Below are positions 26,302 through 37,350 of a stretch of 64,000 nt of DNA, piece by piece. Within the stretch, counting starts at the first letter, position 1. The number at the start of each line of letters is the position of its first letter. The translations under genes were made by a program, and so were the position numbers. The DNA is from Octopus bimaculoides. Its lineage: Eukaryota. The notes under the pieces are model-generated. The model ran no database searches and was not told the origin of the DNA. It worked only from the letters and a program-made list of their open reading frames with translations. The stretch is from contig NC_068984.1 in assembly GCF_001194135.2 (NCBI RefSeq), positions 65,806,211-65,870,210 of the forward strand. The letters are read 5' to 3'.

Positions 26302-26509
26302 CGTGGCCGTTTTCGTGCGGGTGACACGTAAAGCACCCACTACACTCTGAGTGGTTGGCGTTAGGAAGGGCATCCAGCTGTAGAAACTCTGCCAAATTAG
26401 ATTGGAGCCTGGTGTTGCCATCCGGTTTCACCAGTCCTCAGTCAAATCGTCCAACCCATGTTAGCATGGAAAGCGGACGTTAAACGATGATGATGATGAT
26501 GATGATGAT
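26302..26509 (+). mobile_element. Family B RTE 3' end, young 5'-truncated copy
   Basis: I counted only 2 differences from positions 47-255 outside the tail; (GAT)n tail. Confidence 0.9.
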
Positions 26510-26790
26510 ATATATATATATATATATATATAAGCAACATTTATGTTTGTTGTATAATCAAACCATTTGTCAATCATCTCATAGGAATGTTCCGTAAGGA
26601 NNNNNNNNNNCATAGGAATGTTCCGTAAGGACACCCAACTTAAATATTGATAAATACAGTAACAAAATTGATTTGTAACACAGCAACAAAGAGTTAACTA
26701 TTGTAATTGTCACTTACTAGAATAAATTCAAAATATTCAGCTCAACCAGCCAAACTTTAAAATAAAGAATACCTTTTCCAATATAGTATA

Positions 26791-26834
<44 letters not shown>

Positions 26835-27240
26835 CACACACACACATATATAGCAATTAAATCAACTTTTATAATAATTCTGTCATTTATTGTTATTATA
26901 ATTAGAATATTATATTACTTTAATATTACATTGAATGAATTTGAATTGAATTAGAATTTATTTTAAGCAAGAGAAATACTAATTTTGTAAAATATAAATA
27001 AAACATGAATAATAATGAACACAAACTGTTGGACTTATAGTGAAGTAGAGCAATGCATGATAATCTCAAAGCTTGCAAAGACAGGATTGATATAAAATTA
27101 CAAAATAATTGTGCATTTCATTCCCTCATATATGTGTTAATGTGTTGAGAGTATATATTCTTTGATAACCAGAATGTAATAATATGATAGAAACACATAC
27201 AAAAATTTTTCACATTATGATTAATAACATCGAAAAATAG

Positions 27241-27397
27241 CTTAGGAGTGAGAACCCAGGTTCGAAATTTCCCCAAGACACCAGATGAAGGCTGGAGGGT
27301 TTATCAGCCGAAACGTATTAATAACAATCAAGATGAGAACAAATATCCATGAAATGTAAATAATGTACATAATTCCTCATTTCTTAAATATAGAACT
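27241..27397 (+). mobile_element. Penelope-like pseudo-LTR with decayed hammerhead core
   Basis: gacac-CAGAUGA-A-GGCUG/CAGCC-GAAA-C-GUA at 27277-27317. Confidence 0.55.
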
Positions 27398-27421
27398 CTA
27401 TTGATCAATTTTAAGTATGAT

Positions 27422-27605
27422 AAGGTGGCAAGCTGATAGAATTGATTTTTCTCCAGCTTTATGTTCTGAGTTCAAATGCAGCTGAAGTCAACTCTGTCTT
27501 TCATCCTTTTCAAAGTTGATACTAGTTGGGTGCTGTGGTAGAAGTAACTGACTAAACCCACAACCCTGCAAAACCTCAGGTATTGTGCCTATAGTCAAAG
27601 CAATT
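27422..27605 (+). mobile_element. Family A SINE with 15-bp TSD
   Basis: ATCAATTTTAAGTAT at 27404-27418 and 27606-27620; head aaggtggcaagctg, B-box gagttcaaatgc. Confidence 0.85.
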
Positions 27606-28486
27606 ATCAATTTTAAGTATTAGTAAAATATTTTCTTTCCCATGAACTGAAGTAGATGTATACCAATTACATAAAGGATGATCAATAACATATTATCATG
27701 ATATGCAAGAAAAAATATATTCATCATCACCATTATGATTTTACATTGATTTTACTAAACTGACATGGGGTACTGTATCATTTTGCAAACAGTAAGAGAG
27801 GAAAGTGACCAAAATTTAGTTTTCTAGACCTTAGGTGCATTATATCATGCATGGTATGACATTAGAGAGGTCATGCTATGCAACAAAACCAACAGAATAT
27901 ATCTCTTTGTTTGGAATTACTGCTCCTACCCAGAGTAGGTAGACCTCAATACAGCTTATATATGAATATATATATATATATACACAGCATATATATATTC
28001 TTATGCACATGTATACACATACGCACAAAAACCCATATGTATGCATATATACATCAACATATAGATGAATGTTTGTGCAATTACATATATATATTTATAT
28101 ACATTTATATGCACACACACACATGTATATAGTATAAAACTATCATTTTATCAATGAAAGTTGCAAATAAAACATTCAAATATTTATGAAACGATCATGA
28201 TTTTCAAATACTTAGGGAAGTTCATATGATTTTGTAATAAATTGCCTACTATATAGCTGAATATGTCTGATTTACAATAATATTTATTCCTATTTTGAGA
28301 TGCAAAAATTTATTAATTTGAAATGAAACAAATTTTTGCTATAAATTTTTTTACTTCAATGTTAGTGCACGATTCAGTTAAAACCATTGTGGAGGCAGAA
28401 CTATTCTTCAATACAGGATAGATATTTATTATTGCAGAAGCACAGACATGTTCAACATTTACATTTCTAATCCTCTCTCCTCACCC

Positions 28487-28524
<38 letters not shown>

Positions 28525-28564
28525 GATGTATGTATAATGATGTATGTATAACTGTATGTAAGTA

Positions 28565-28690
28565 TATAGCTGTGTGGTTATGAAGTTCACTATGCAATCC
28601 CATCATCTCAGGTTCAGTTGCATTGAGTAAAACCTTGGTCAAGGGTCTTTCTCCAGTAGCCCTGGACAACCCAAAGATAATGAATTTAGC
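28565..28690 (+). mobile_element. Family C SINE 5' fragment
   Basis: gctgtgtggttatgaag...caggttcag...accttggtcaagggtctttc. Confidence 0.55.
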
Positions 28691-29284
28691 AATACCATAT
28701 GTGTTCAGATTTTATATAATTTAAGAAATAAGAGGTAGTCAGAAGTTTGGATAATTACTTATTTAGTGCTTTCATCTCTTTTGAGAGAATCATCATGAAT
28801 GACTTTTTTACAGAAAATTTATGCCTTTTATACATATATATATATGGTAAATTTCTTATTCGAAAACAGTAATAAAAAGCATTTTAACCACTGATTCAAC
28901 AAACCAGAACTAAAGATAATACCAAGAAAACCATCCTTCTAGTAAATTTTTATATATTTGTATATAAATATATGTATGTATATGCATTTATAAGTCTCCA
29001 TATTCTCATGTATATAGTTCTTTGTGTATGTGTGTATGTGCATGCATGCATGTGTATGTGCACGTGTGCATGTGCATGCATACACCTGTTCATACACAGA
29101 TATTAGTCAATATGCACACATACAAATCCTAGACAGAAAATTATATAATGTATCCTTTCAGAGGTACCTCCAACATATTTACCAATTCTCTAAATAAAAC
29201 AGTTCTCACTGATTCACTTGCCTCCCAGTATTTTAATTTCTGAAACACATTTAACCAGTTCACCTACTCAGTTCGTTCCGTTAC

Positions 29285-29330
29285 CTTCTTCATAATATAA
29301 TTTCTAGGTGCCTCTCCATTCCAGTCACAG
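29285..29330 (-). CDS. Candidate 46-nt internal exon of an unidentified gene (xCDWNGEAPRNYIMKK)
   Basis: Acceptor ttgagttttgcttgacAG preceded by (CT)n, donor AAG|GTAACG; only one of three frames open; protein not recognised. Confidence 0.25.
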
Positions 29331-29352
29331 CTGTCAAGCAAAACTCAAGTAA

Positions 29353-29356
<4 letters not shown>

Positions 29357-29401
<45 letters not shown>

Positions 29402-29435
29402 AAGAGAGAGAGAAAGTGTGTGTGTGTGTGTGTGT
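29357..29435. repeat. (GA)n-(GT)n microsatellite
   Basis: Directly visible. Confidence 0.95.
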
Positions 29436-29549
29436 AAGTATGTATTTACAACAATTATTCAAATAAAACAAATAATAAATATATAAATCATCTTATGTAG
29501 ATACAACAATAATGACTATATTTATGTAAATATCTAAATATAAATGCTA

Positions 29550-29935
29550 GCATAGTTGTGTGATAAGCAGTTCACTTCCTATCCATCTGGTTCCAGATTC
29601 ATTGCCACTATATGACACCTCAGACCAGCAACTGCTATTTTAGCTGCAGGCTAACAAAAATTTTGTGAGATGGAAACTAAAAGATGTCTGTTTTTTGTGT
29701 ACATGTGTGTGTGAGAGAGAGTATGTGCATGTCTGTCTTTATGTTTGACCCCCACTACCACTTGACAACTTATGTTGATTTGTTTACATCCCTGTAACTT
29801 AAACTGTTTATTAAAAGCAACCAACAGAATAAATACTCAACTAAAAAAAAAAGTACTGGAGTCAATTTGACTAAAACCTTTGAGAGTAGTGTCCCAGCAT
29901 GGCTGCTGTCCAGTGACTGAAACTAGTAAAAGATA
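29550..29935 (+). mobile_element. Family C SINE, diverged
   Basis: gttgtgtgataagcag head...cccagcatggctgctgtccagtgactgaaactagtaaaaga tail. Confidence 0.75.
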
Positions 29936-29967
29936 TATAATTTTATGTGGATACAGCCATAAGGAAT

Positions 29968-30160
29968 ATCATCATCATCATCATCGTTTAACGTCCGCTA
30001 TCCATGCTAGCATGGGTTGGACGATTTGACTGAGGACTGGTGAAACTGGATGGCAACACCAGGCTCCAATCTAATTTGGCAGAGTTTCTACAGTTGGATG
30101 CCCTTCCTAACGCCAACCACTCAGAGAGTGTAGTGGGTGCTTTTACGTGTCACCGGCACG
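29968..30160 (-). mobile_element. Family B RTE 3' end, young copy, inverted relative to 26302-26509
   Basis: (ATC)n-gtttaacgtccgct...gcccttcctaacgccaac; a few substitutions and one 2-nt indel versus the other young copies. Confidence 0.9.
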
Positions 30161-31187
30161 TTTACGTGTCACTCATGTAAATATTTAAATATATTACATT
30201 TTATTTGCTGATCAAATTGACTTTGAACATGTCAAGGCAACATGAATGCACACTGATTCTGACAAAACTTCAAAATATGATATTACATAAAAGCAATTTT
30301 TCAGCTAGTTAAATAATACAAGTCTTTAAAACCAACAAAATGCATAGAGGATGAAAACTCAATTATCACTGAATTCAAGTGGCATAGTTAGTGACGAGTA
30401 CTTCGAACCCTCAATAGATTAGTTGAGAACAACCATTTCATTTCTAATATTTTGCTAACATTTATACTCCAATTTTACAGGAATTATATTTCATTCAGAA
30501 AACTTGCAAATTATTCAATCTTTAAGATGAAGAGGAAATAAAAACTATCATTTTCGTGTAATGGCGCTTGATTATAATGTTCTTTTCTCAAATTCTTACA
30601 TATGTCAGTATCATTATTTCTGATTTTAAAAAATATATCCATTGATCCATGCATTGATTTAAAGTATCAAATATTCTATTCATCTCTATTTCAAATTATA
30701 CAACTATCCATTATTATAAATTGCAAATGCTATTAATTGTTTTTGTTTGATTTGTATATTTTCCAAATTATTAAAATGTAGGGATTTTATTGTCATATTT
30801 TTCACTACTACAACAATTGAACAATAAAAACTGAAATAAAACCATATATGTATAAACCACTTATTTTCTTCTCCAAAACTGAAACTAATATAATTGCTAA
30901 AAATGTCAAGAAAGATGTAATGAAGTACTAGTTAAGCTTGTCAATGGAGATATATAATGAATGAAATTTAAGGACAAATACTTGCAGAACTAACAATACT
31001 TTTCCTTTGCCAATTTAAAAAAAAAATAGATAAATGAATAGATGAGATAAAATTATTATTTTTTTCTCACATACCACAAAATATTTCATACCTTATCATT
31101 AAAGAATATTTTTTGTCTTTGTAGCTAGGCAAGCTTATATTAATATGTGTATATTTATCTATAGATATATCAATTTGTCCCTATCAG

Positions 31188-31224
<37 letters not shown>

Positions 31225-33069
31225 GTATATGTATACACACACACATGCACACATACATAAACATGTGTCTGTGTGAGTGTAGTGTAAGTGACAGAGTGTA
31301 TACAGAGTAGAAAAATTAACCATATAGCTTGCACAGATAGAAGAACTCAGGTGTAAAACGTTTTTCTTTTGTAAACATGTAACTTTGAAAAGTACTCCTA
31401 GTTCATGTAATTTTTGTAACTAAGTTATTTTCATATTTACAGACTTGAGCTTCAATGAAATTCAATAAAATAAATACAAACATAACAAATTACTAAGGTA
31501 AAATAAGTAAAGCTGATTAAATAAAAGTGAATTCATTGAAATAAAGAAACATTTTATATACAGATTGCACTGAGTGGCATTCCCTTCATCAGCTGTCAAC
31601 AACTTCAACACGTTTTGACATTGTCTCTTTTTCCGGTGATACCAAGCAGCATTGACAATACCAGGAATGTATCATGCTTATTTTTTTCTTGTTACACCTT
31701 TTAAGTATGCAACTATCATACCATACACTTATAAATGGCAAATGCATACATATTTATGTGTTTTATACAGGATAATCATCTATGTCACTGAGATTTTGCA
31801 TATACAAAAGGCTGTATTATGTATATATGAGTATTTTCAAGCATATGTGTGCTTGTATGTCTATGCAGTCATAATAGGCAGAGTCACTAATGTGAATATG
31901 CTTAATAATCATACTGACAGTATTTTATGGATAAATCTGAAAATTTTAGTATAGATTAAAACCTATGACTAAAAAGTTATAAAAGTAAATAAAATTTTTC
32001 ACTAGTGCAAAAATTGCTTGTTTAGAATGTTACTGCTTTGAACAAGTAAGGTATAGAATTTCTGAAAATATTGAACCCTCACTGATTAGAGTTATATGCG
32101 TCCAAAATAACAAAAAATACTTTATTCTGATGTGAAAAACCCTTTTAAACCAATGTGAGTATAACCATCTCAATCTTTCTCAAAGTTTTCTATGCTTACA
32201 GAAAAATCTATGTAATACACAAGGATACACTTCAGATAAAAGTGCATACTCAACAATGGTACATTGAAAACCAAAAATTGAAACAAATAAAATTTATCTA
32301 ATACAATAATTCTGAACAAGTTACTTTATGAGTAAGAAAGTAGAGACATGAAAGAACATCACAGTATTAAAGAGAAACAAATAAAACCATATCAAAATAT
32401 ATCTACATGTGGAAAGATAAAACACTAAAATTCAATATTAAAAAAATATATGCGTGTATAATGATATAGTGTAAAACTATAAAATATCAATATGTAAAAT
32501 ATAAAATGGATCTTCAGTATAATTCAGTTACTGTCCTGATTCAATCAAAATGTTTTTAAATAGGATATACACAAAGCACCGTCTTAAAATTTAAAGTCAA
32601 CTTTGTGTGTGTGTATATANNNNNNNNNNNNNNNNNNNNNNNNNNNNNNNNNNNNNNNNNNNNNNNNNNNNNNNNNNNNNNNNNNNNNNNNNNNNNNNNN
32701 NNNNNNNNNNNNNNNNNNNNNNNNNNNNNNNNNNNNNNNNNNNNNNNNNNNNNNNNNNNNNNNNNNNNNNNNNNNNNNNNNNNNNNNNNNNNNNNNNNNN
32801 NNNNNNNNNNNNNNNNNNNNNNNNNNNNNNNNNNNNNNNNNNNNNNNNNNNNNNNNNNNNNNNNNNNNNNNNNNNNNNNNNNNNNNNNNNNNNNNNNNNN
32901 NNNNNNNNNNNNNNNNNNNNNNNNNNNNNNNNNNNNNNNNNNNNNNNNNNNNNNNNNNNNNNNNNNNNNNNNNNNNNNNNNNNNNNNNNNNNNNNNNNNN
33001 NNNNNNNNNNNNNNNNNNNNNNNNNNNNNNNNNNNNNNTATATATATATACATATATATATATATTTCA

Positions 33070-33480
33070 TATACATCATCACCGCCCTTCGAAATCACCT
33101 CCACCTCTCATGCTGGTATATTCCGGGCAGTCTAACAGAATCCAGTAGGTTGGAAGGTCACATCCTACTCCAATGTCTTGATTATGACGTTGTTTCTATG
33201 GCTGGAAACCCTTCCTAACATCAATTACATCCCTGAATGTTCTGGACCAAGGTTCAGTGGAAGACCCTTCTTGAGGTAATCACATACAGTGGAGGTAAGT
33301 AGATTGGTGAACCAAGTAGTAAATAATACCATAGTAACCTAGGCCTCTGAATTAGAAGCTTACCAAAAATTAAGTCTGTCCTTGATGTCCTTGAATGCCT
33401 TAAGGTTGTCACCTTCAAGTTCCCAGAACCACTGATGTAGAAAAGTAAGCTTAGCCTATACTTCATCAGTTTATGACAGA
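33070..33480 (-). mobile_element. Older RTE LINE 3' end including the family B region
   Basis: Reverse complement gatgttaggaagggtttccagccatagaaac...ccagcatg...gatgatg, with upstream EGDNLKAFKDIKDRLNFW-like C-terminal peptide. Confidence 0.55.
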
Positions 33481-33681
33481 TGTCTGATCTCCTCCTGTGC
33501 CATGTAGATTCTATAAGACAATCTTATCCCCAAGAAAGACCAGGAGATGAAATATGGGGTATTTCAAACTTCCAAAATGAGCATGAACATCTCAACAAAT
33601 GGAAACAAAACATGTCTAATGGTGGCTTTCCATGATGATATGACATTATGAAAAATGTCCAAATAATATTAAGTCTGGAGT

Positions 33682-33896
33682 AAGGCGGTGAACTGGCAGA
33701 AATGTTAGAACACCAGGCAAAATACTTAGTGGTAGTTCGTCTGTCTTTACGTTCTGAATTCAAATTCCACCAAGGTCAACTTTGCCTTTCATCTTTCTGG
33801 GGTCAATAAATTAAGTACCAGTTGTGTACTGGAGTTGATCTAAATAGACTGGCCCCCTCCACCAAAATTTCAGGCCTTGTGCCTGGTATAGAAAAG
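33682..33896 (+). mobile_element. Family A SINE with 17-bp TSD
   Basis: AATATTAAGTCTGGAGT at 33665-33681 and 33897-33913; full head, B-box, core, tail. Confidence 0.92.
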
Positions 33897-34176
33897 AATA
33901 TTAAGTCTGGAGTTAATAAACATGCTGAGAAATATAAAAATGCTGAGAACAGAAATTACCATACAGAAGTCCACAAAATTCAGTATAATATTTTTCTGCT
34001 CCAATCTGACCTTTCTGAATCTTACCTCACTACCAGTGCTGAAACTAAGAACATTTTTCTCAAGCTACTCATAAATTGACTTAGATTTTTCACAAATAAA
34101 TATTGCACTAACTGTATTGCTACCTAATTGATTTCCAACTCTTTCATATGTGATGCATGAGCATTATTTAACCTGC

Positions 34177-34520
34177 TCTTTACTCTTTTACTCTTTTACT
34201 TGTTTCAGTCATTTGACTGCGGACATGCTGGAGCACTGCCTTTTAGTCAAGCAAATCGACCCCAGGACTTATTCTTTGTAGGTCTAGTACTTATTCTATT
34301 GGTCTCTTTTGCCAAACCGCTAAGTTATGGGGACGTAAACACACCACCAGGTGAGTATACGACAGGCTTCTTTCAGTTTCCGTCTACCAAATCCACTCAC
34401 AAGGCTTTGGTTGGCCCGAGGCTATAGTAGAAGACACTTGCCCAAGTTGCCACGCAGTGGGACTGAACCCGGAACCATGTGGTTGGTAAGCAAGCTACTT
34501 ACCACACAGCCACTCCTGCA
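34177..34520 (-). mobile_element. Family C CORE-SINE, low divergence, internally deleted
   Basis: Reverse complement gcaggagtggctgtgtggtaagtagc...ccgggttcagtccc (A/B-box-like), CORE, (TACTCTT)n tail; lacks the internal microsatellite segment present in 17817-18215. Confidence 0.9.
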
Positions 34521-34545
34521 TATACTTTTGGTCACTGATGCAATT

Positions 34546-34771
34546 TTAACTCTTTTGATGCCAACCCAGCTGAGACCAGCTATGGTTCTGTGATACAAAC
34601 TTTGTTTTGAAATGATCTAAATTAGAACTGTCCACCAAATTTCAATGTTAAAATATTATCCAAATGTTAGATTAGCAGTGACAATTATTTCACTAAATTC
34701 TTCATTATTTTCCAAATCAATTGAAACAATGGCAACATATTTAAACAGAAATATAGTAACAAAAGGGTTAA
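34546..34771. mobile_element. TTAA-bounded MITE (piggyBac-like ends)
   Basis: TTAA|CTCTTTTGAT ... GTAACAAAAGGG|TTAA imperfect inverted ends, non-coding, about 220 bp. Confidence 0.65.
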
Positions 34772-36379
34772 GATGAGGGTTTTTTCTCCCACCTCCTAAA
34801 CTGTTTCAAATTGCAGAGTCGAACAAATCTTACTCTGCACAAAGACCACTGAAGTTTGATGTCAGTTTCTCAATTAGAAATATATATATCGTTAATGCCA
34901 TTTTCTCTACATAACAGAAACAATAGTTACCTTTGATTCTACTGTAACATTCTTTTTTGCAGGCTTTGTTTTTGCCATGTTGGAAATATTCATTAAAAAA
35001 TTTTAGAAAACACCAAAACTGATTTTCATAAAAATCTAAATTTTTCTCAGTTCCACTGGTTCTGTTTCAAATGATGTGACAAACCTCAAGTAAGGTACAA
35101 ATTAAAAGGAGCACATCTGGTAGGCTAGCTTGTTTTGATGAGAAAGACTAACACATTTTCTCTACATGTAACAAATTCTGCTCATGGTTATGTCAATGCT
35201 ATATCATTTTGTTTACATTCAATATGACACATCATTAAAACAATTTTAAAGGATTTTAATCTTTCATTGTTATGAGAGTCAGCTGAAAACAGGGTACATA
35301 CCAGATATATACACTACTTCCTTTATATGGCTTTGATTTTTAAAATTGCAAGCTCTGGCTTACATGCAAGTAAATTAAAGGAAAATATCTCAATTCTTTA
35401 TAATGCTTAGTTCCAAGTGTTTTCATCTCTCATCAAACTTAGACAAACTTAATGTTAGTTTATCTATAAAGTGTAAAACAAACAATTAACTATTTAAAAT
35501 GTAAATAAATAAATATAGTGTTTTAATAATTTTGTGAAAATATGTCTCAGAAAAGATTAAAAAGATATTCTAAAAGTAAGTAGCAAAGACAGACATTATA
35601 CAAATAGATAAATATTATTAAAATTAGAATCCAGTGTTATAACATGCTCTCAGTTGGAATTTTACTCTCTGAAATGAATTACCATAGTGAACAGAAATTA
35701 TCATGTCATACAAAGTTAGAAGTATAGACTAATTCATTATGTGAATTTATGTATATTAATATAAAGAGAAAAAACTTTCAATCATGATACAAGTTGGCTG
35801 AAATAAGTACGTATTCATCTAATGCAACTGTTTAAAGCTAAGAGTTTACATCACAAAATTGTGCTTCTATATCTATATGAAGTGCCTCCAATACAATGAA
35901 ATTTAATTGCATTAGATAAAGCATATCATCCACCAAAACATGAAGTAAATGACAGAAAAGTATAGGCCAAATAAAGATGTTCAAAATTAAGAAAGTAACA
36001 ACAAGAAAAACAGATTAAGTACAAGGAGATGAGATATTGGGGATTTCAAAATTTTAAAGTAATATTAAAATGCATCTATGTGTATGTGTGTGTTTACATG
36101 CAATTCATATGTATGTACATATACAGAATGATTACATTGTTGAATATCAGTAAACACTGATATCACAGGCTATTTTGCAACAGCAGAGCTTGGACATCTC
36201 AACAAATGGACAGAAAAAATGTTCAATGGTGGCTGTGCATATTGACTTGATATCAAGTAAAAAGCCCAAACAATATTAGGTCTGGAGTTAATTAATAAAC
36301 AAAATTGAGGCAGATAGAATTACAAGAAGTAGAAACATTCAACAAAAGCTGTATCATCTATTTATTTTTGTTTCAGCAC

Positions 36380-36620
36380 TCAGATAAGGAAGAGTTTTGT
36401 AATACTTGCAACACTTGCACTGGAAAAGGAAGAACCCACATGTTATATATTGCTGCTACATGAAGCAATGCATCAAGATGTCAAGTTATTTGCAAAGTGG
36501 GAACCTGGTTTGAATGCTTGCAACAGACTGAGGTCTGCTAAAAACACACAGAGCTGAGATGTGACAGATGAGGTCGATGCAGAAGTTTTGGTAATGGACA
36601 AATTTCAGTTATTAATATCA
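36380..36620 (+). mobile_element. RTE-type LINE RT-region remnant
   Basis: Cys-rich stretch followed by EVLVMDKFQLL (VVDKFCYLG-like); many stops. Confidence 0.4.
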
Positions 36621-37199
36621 GTTCTAGGGCACAAGAATGGCTATGTGGTTAAGAAGTACCGAACCTCTTATCCAGCAACCTTGGAAATGGAGATGGCCCA
36701 GATTTCTGGACACAGATTAAATATATACCAAAAATATAAAATAAGCAACGAAAAGTAAAGAATAAAATTGTATGACATATACAAATTAATACATTTCTAA
36801 AGCAGGGTCTGTTTGATCTTTAGTAAGCCACTTAAAATTCTTAAAACTTTTAAAATACAGAATACTGTACCACATACATATATATAGGATGAAAAATATA
36901 ACAAAGAAAATTAAAGAACATAATTTTATTTTAGAGATACAGGTATAAAATAATACACTTTTGAAGCAGAGTATGTTTGATCTTTAGTGATCCACTTAAA
37001 AACTGGCATTGTGTGATGCAGACACCACAGAAACCAAAACAAAGTGGCCACATGGTGAACTACTTCAGCCCGCAAAATTCAAAGCTAACTAGTTTCAAAA
37101 ATAGCCAAATTTCTGGTAATTCTGGATTCTGGATAAAGCAGTTTGGTACCTGTAGTTGCAAACAAGTATCACTGTCTTAAAAGTGGTGTACCTCTTTTC

Positions 37200-37350
37200 C
37201 AATCATCCATGAAACCATGTCCAGTCATAAGGAAGTAATATGTTGCTAAGAAACAAGCGTCGACTACAGGAAAGGCATCCAGTCATAAAAAACTTGCCTC
37301 AACAAATTCAGTCAAACCCATGCAGTCATGGAAAGTTGAATGTTAAAACA
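37200..37350 (+). mobile_element. Degenerate B2 repeat tail
   Basis: acaggaaaggcatccagtc...acccatgcagtcatggaaagttgaatgttaaaac. Confidence 0.55.

Noticed and set aside
26580-26631. Perfect 21-nt direct repeat CATAGGAATGTTCCGTAAGGA
   Set aside because: It flanks a 10-N gap exactly, typical of unmerged overlapping contig ends.
34440-34520. tRNA gene (also heads of family A copies)
   Set aside because: A/B-box-like motifs are present, but each continues into a SINE body and no complete cloverleaf was seen.
36800-37002. About 37-nt imperfect direct repeat (agcag..tgtttgatctttagt..ccacttaaaa) about 165 nt apart
   Set aside because: Two copies only with no element between them; likely a small local duplication.
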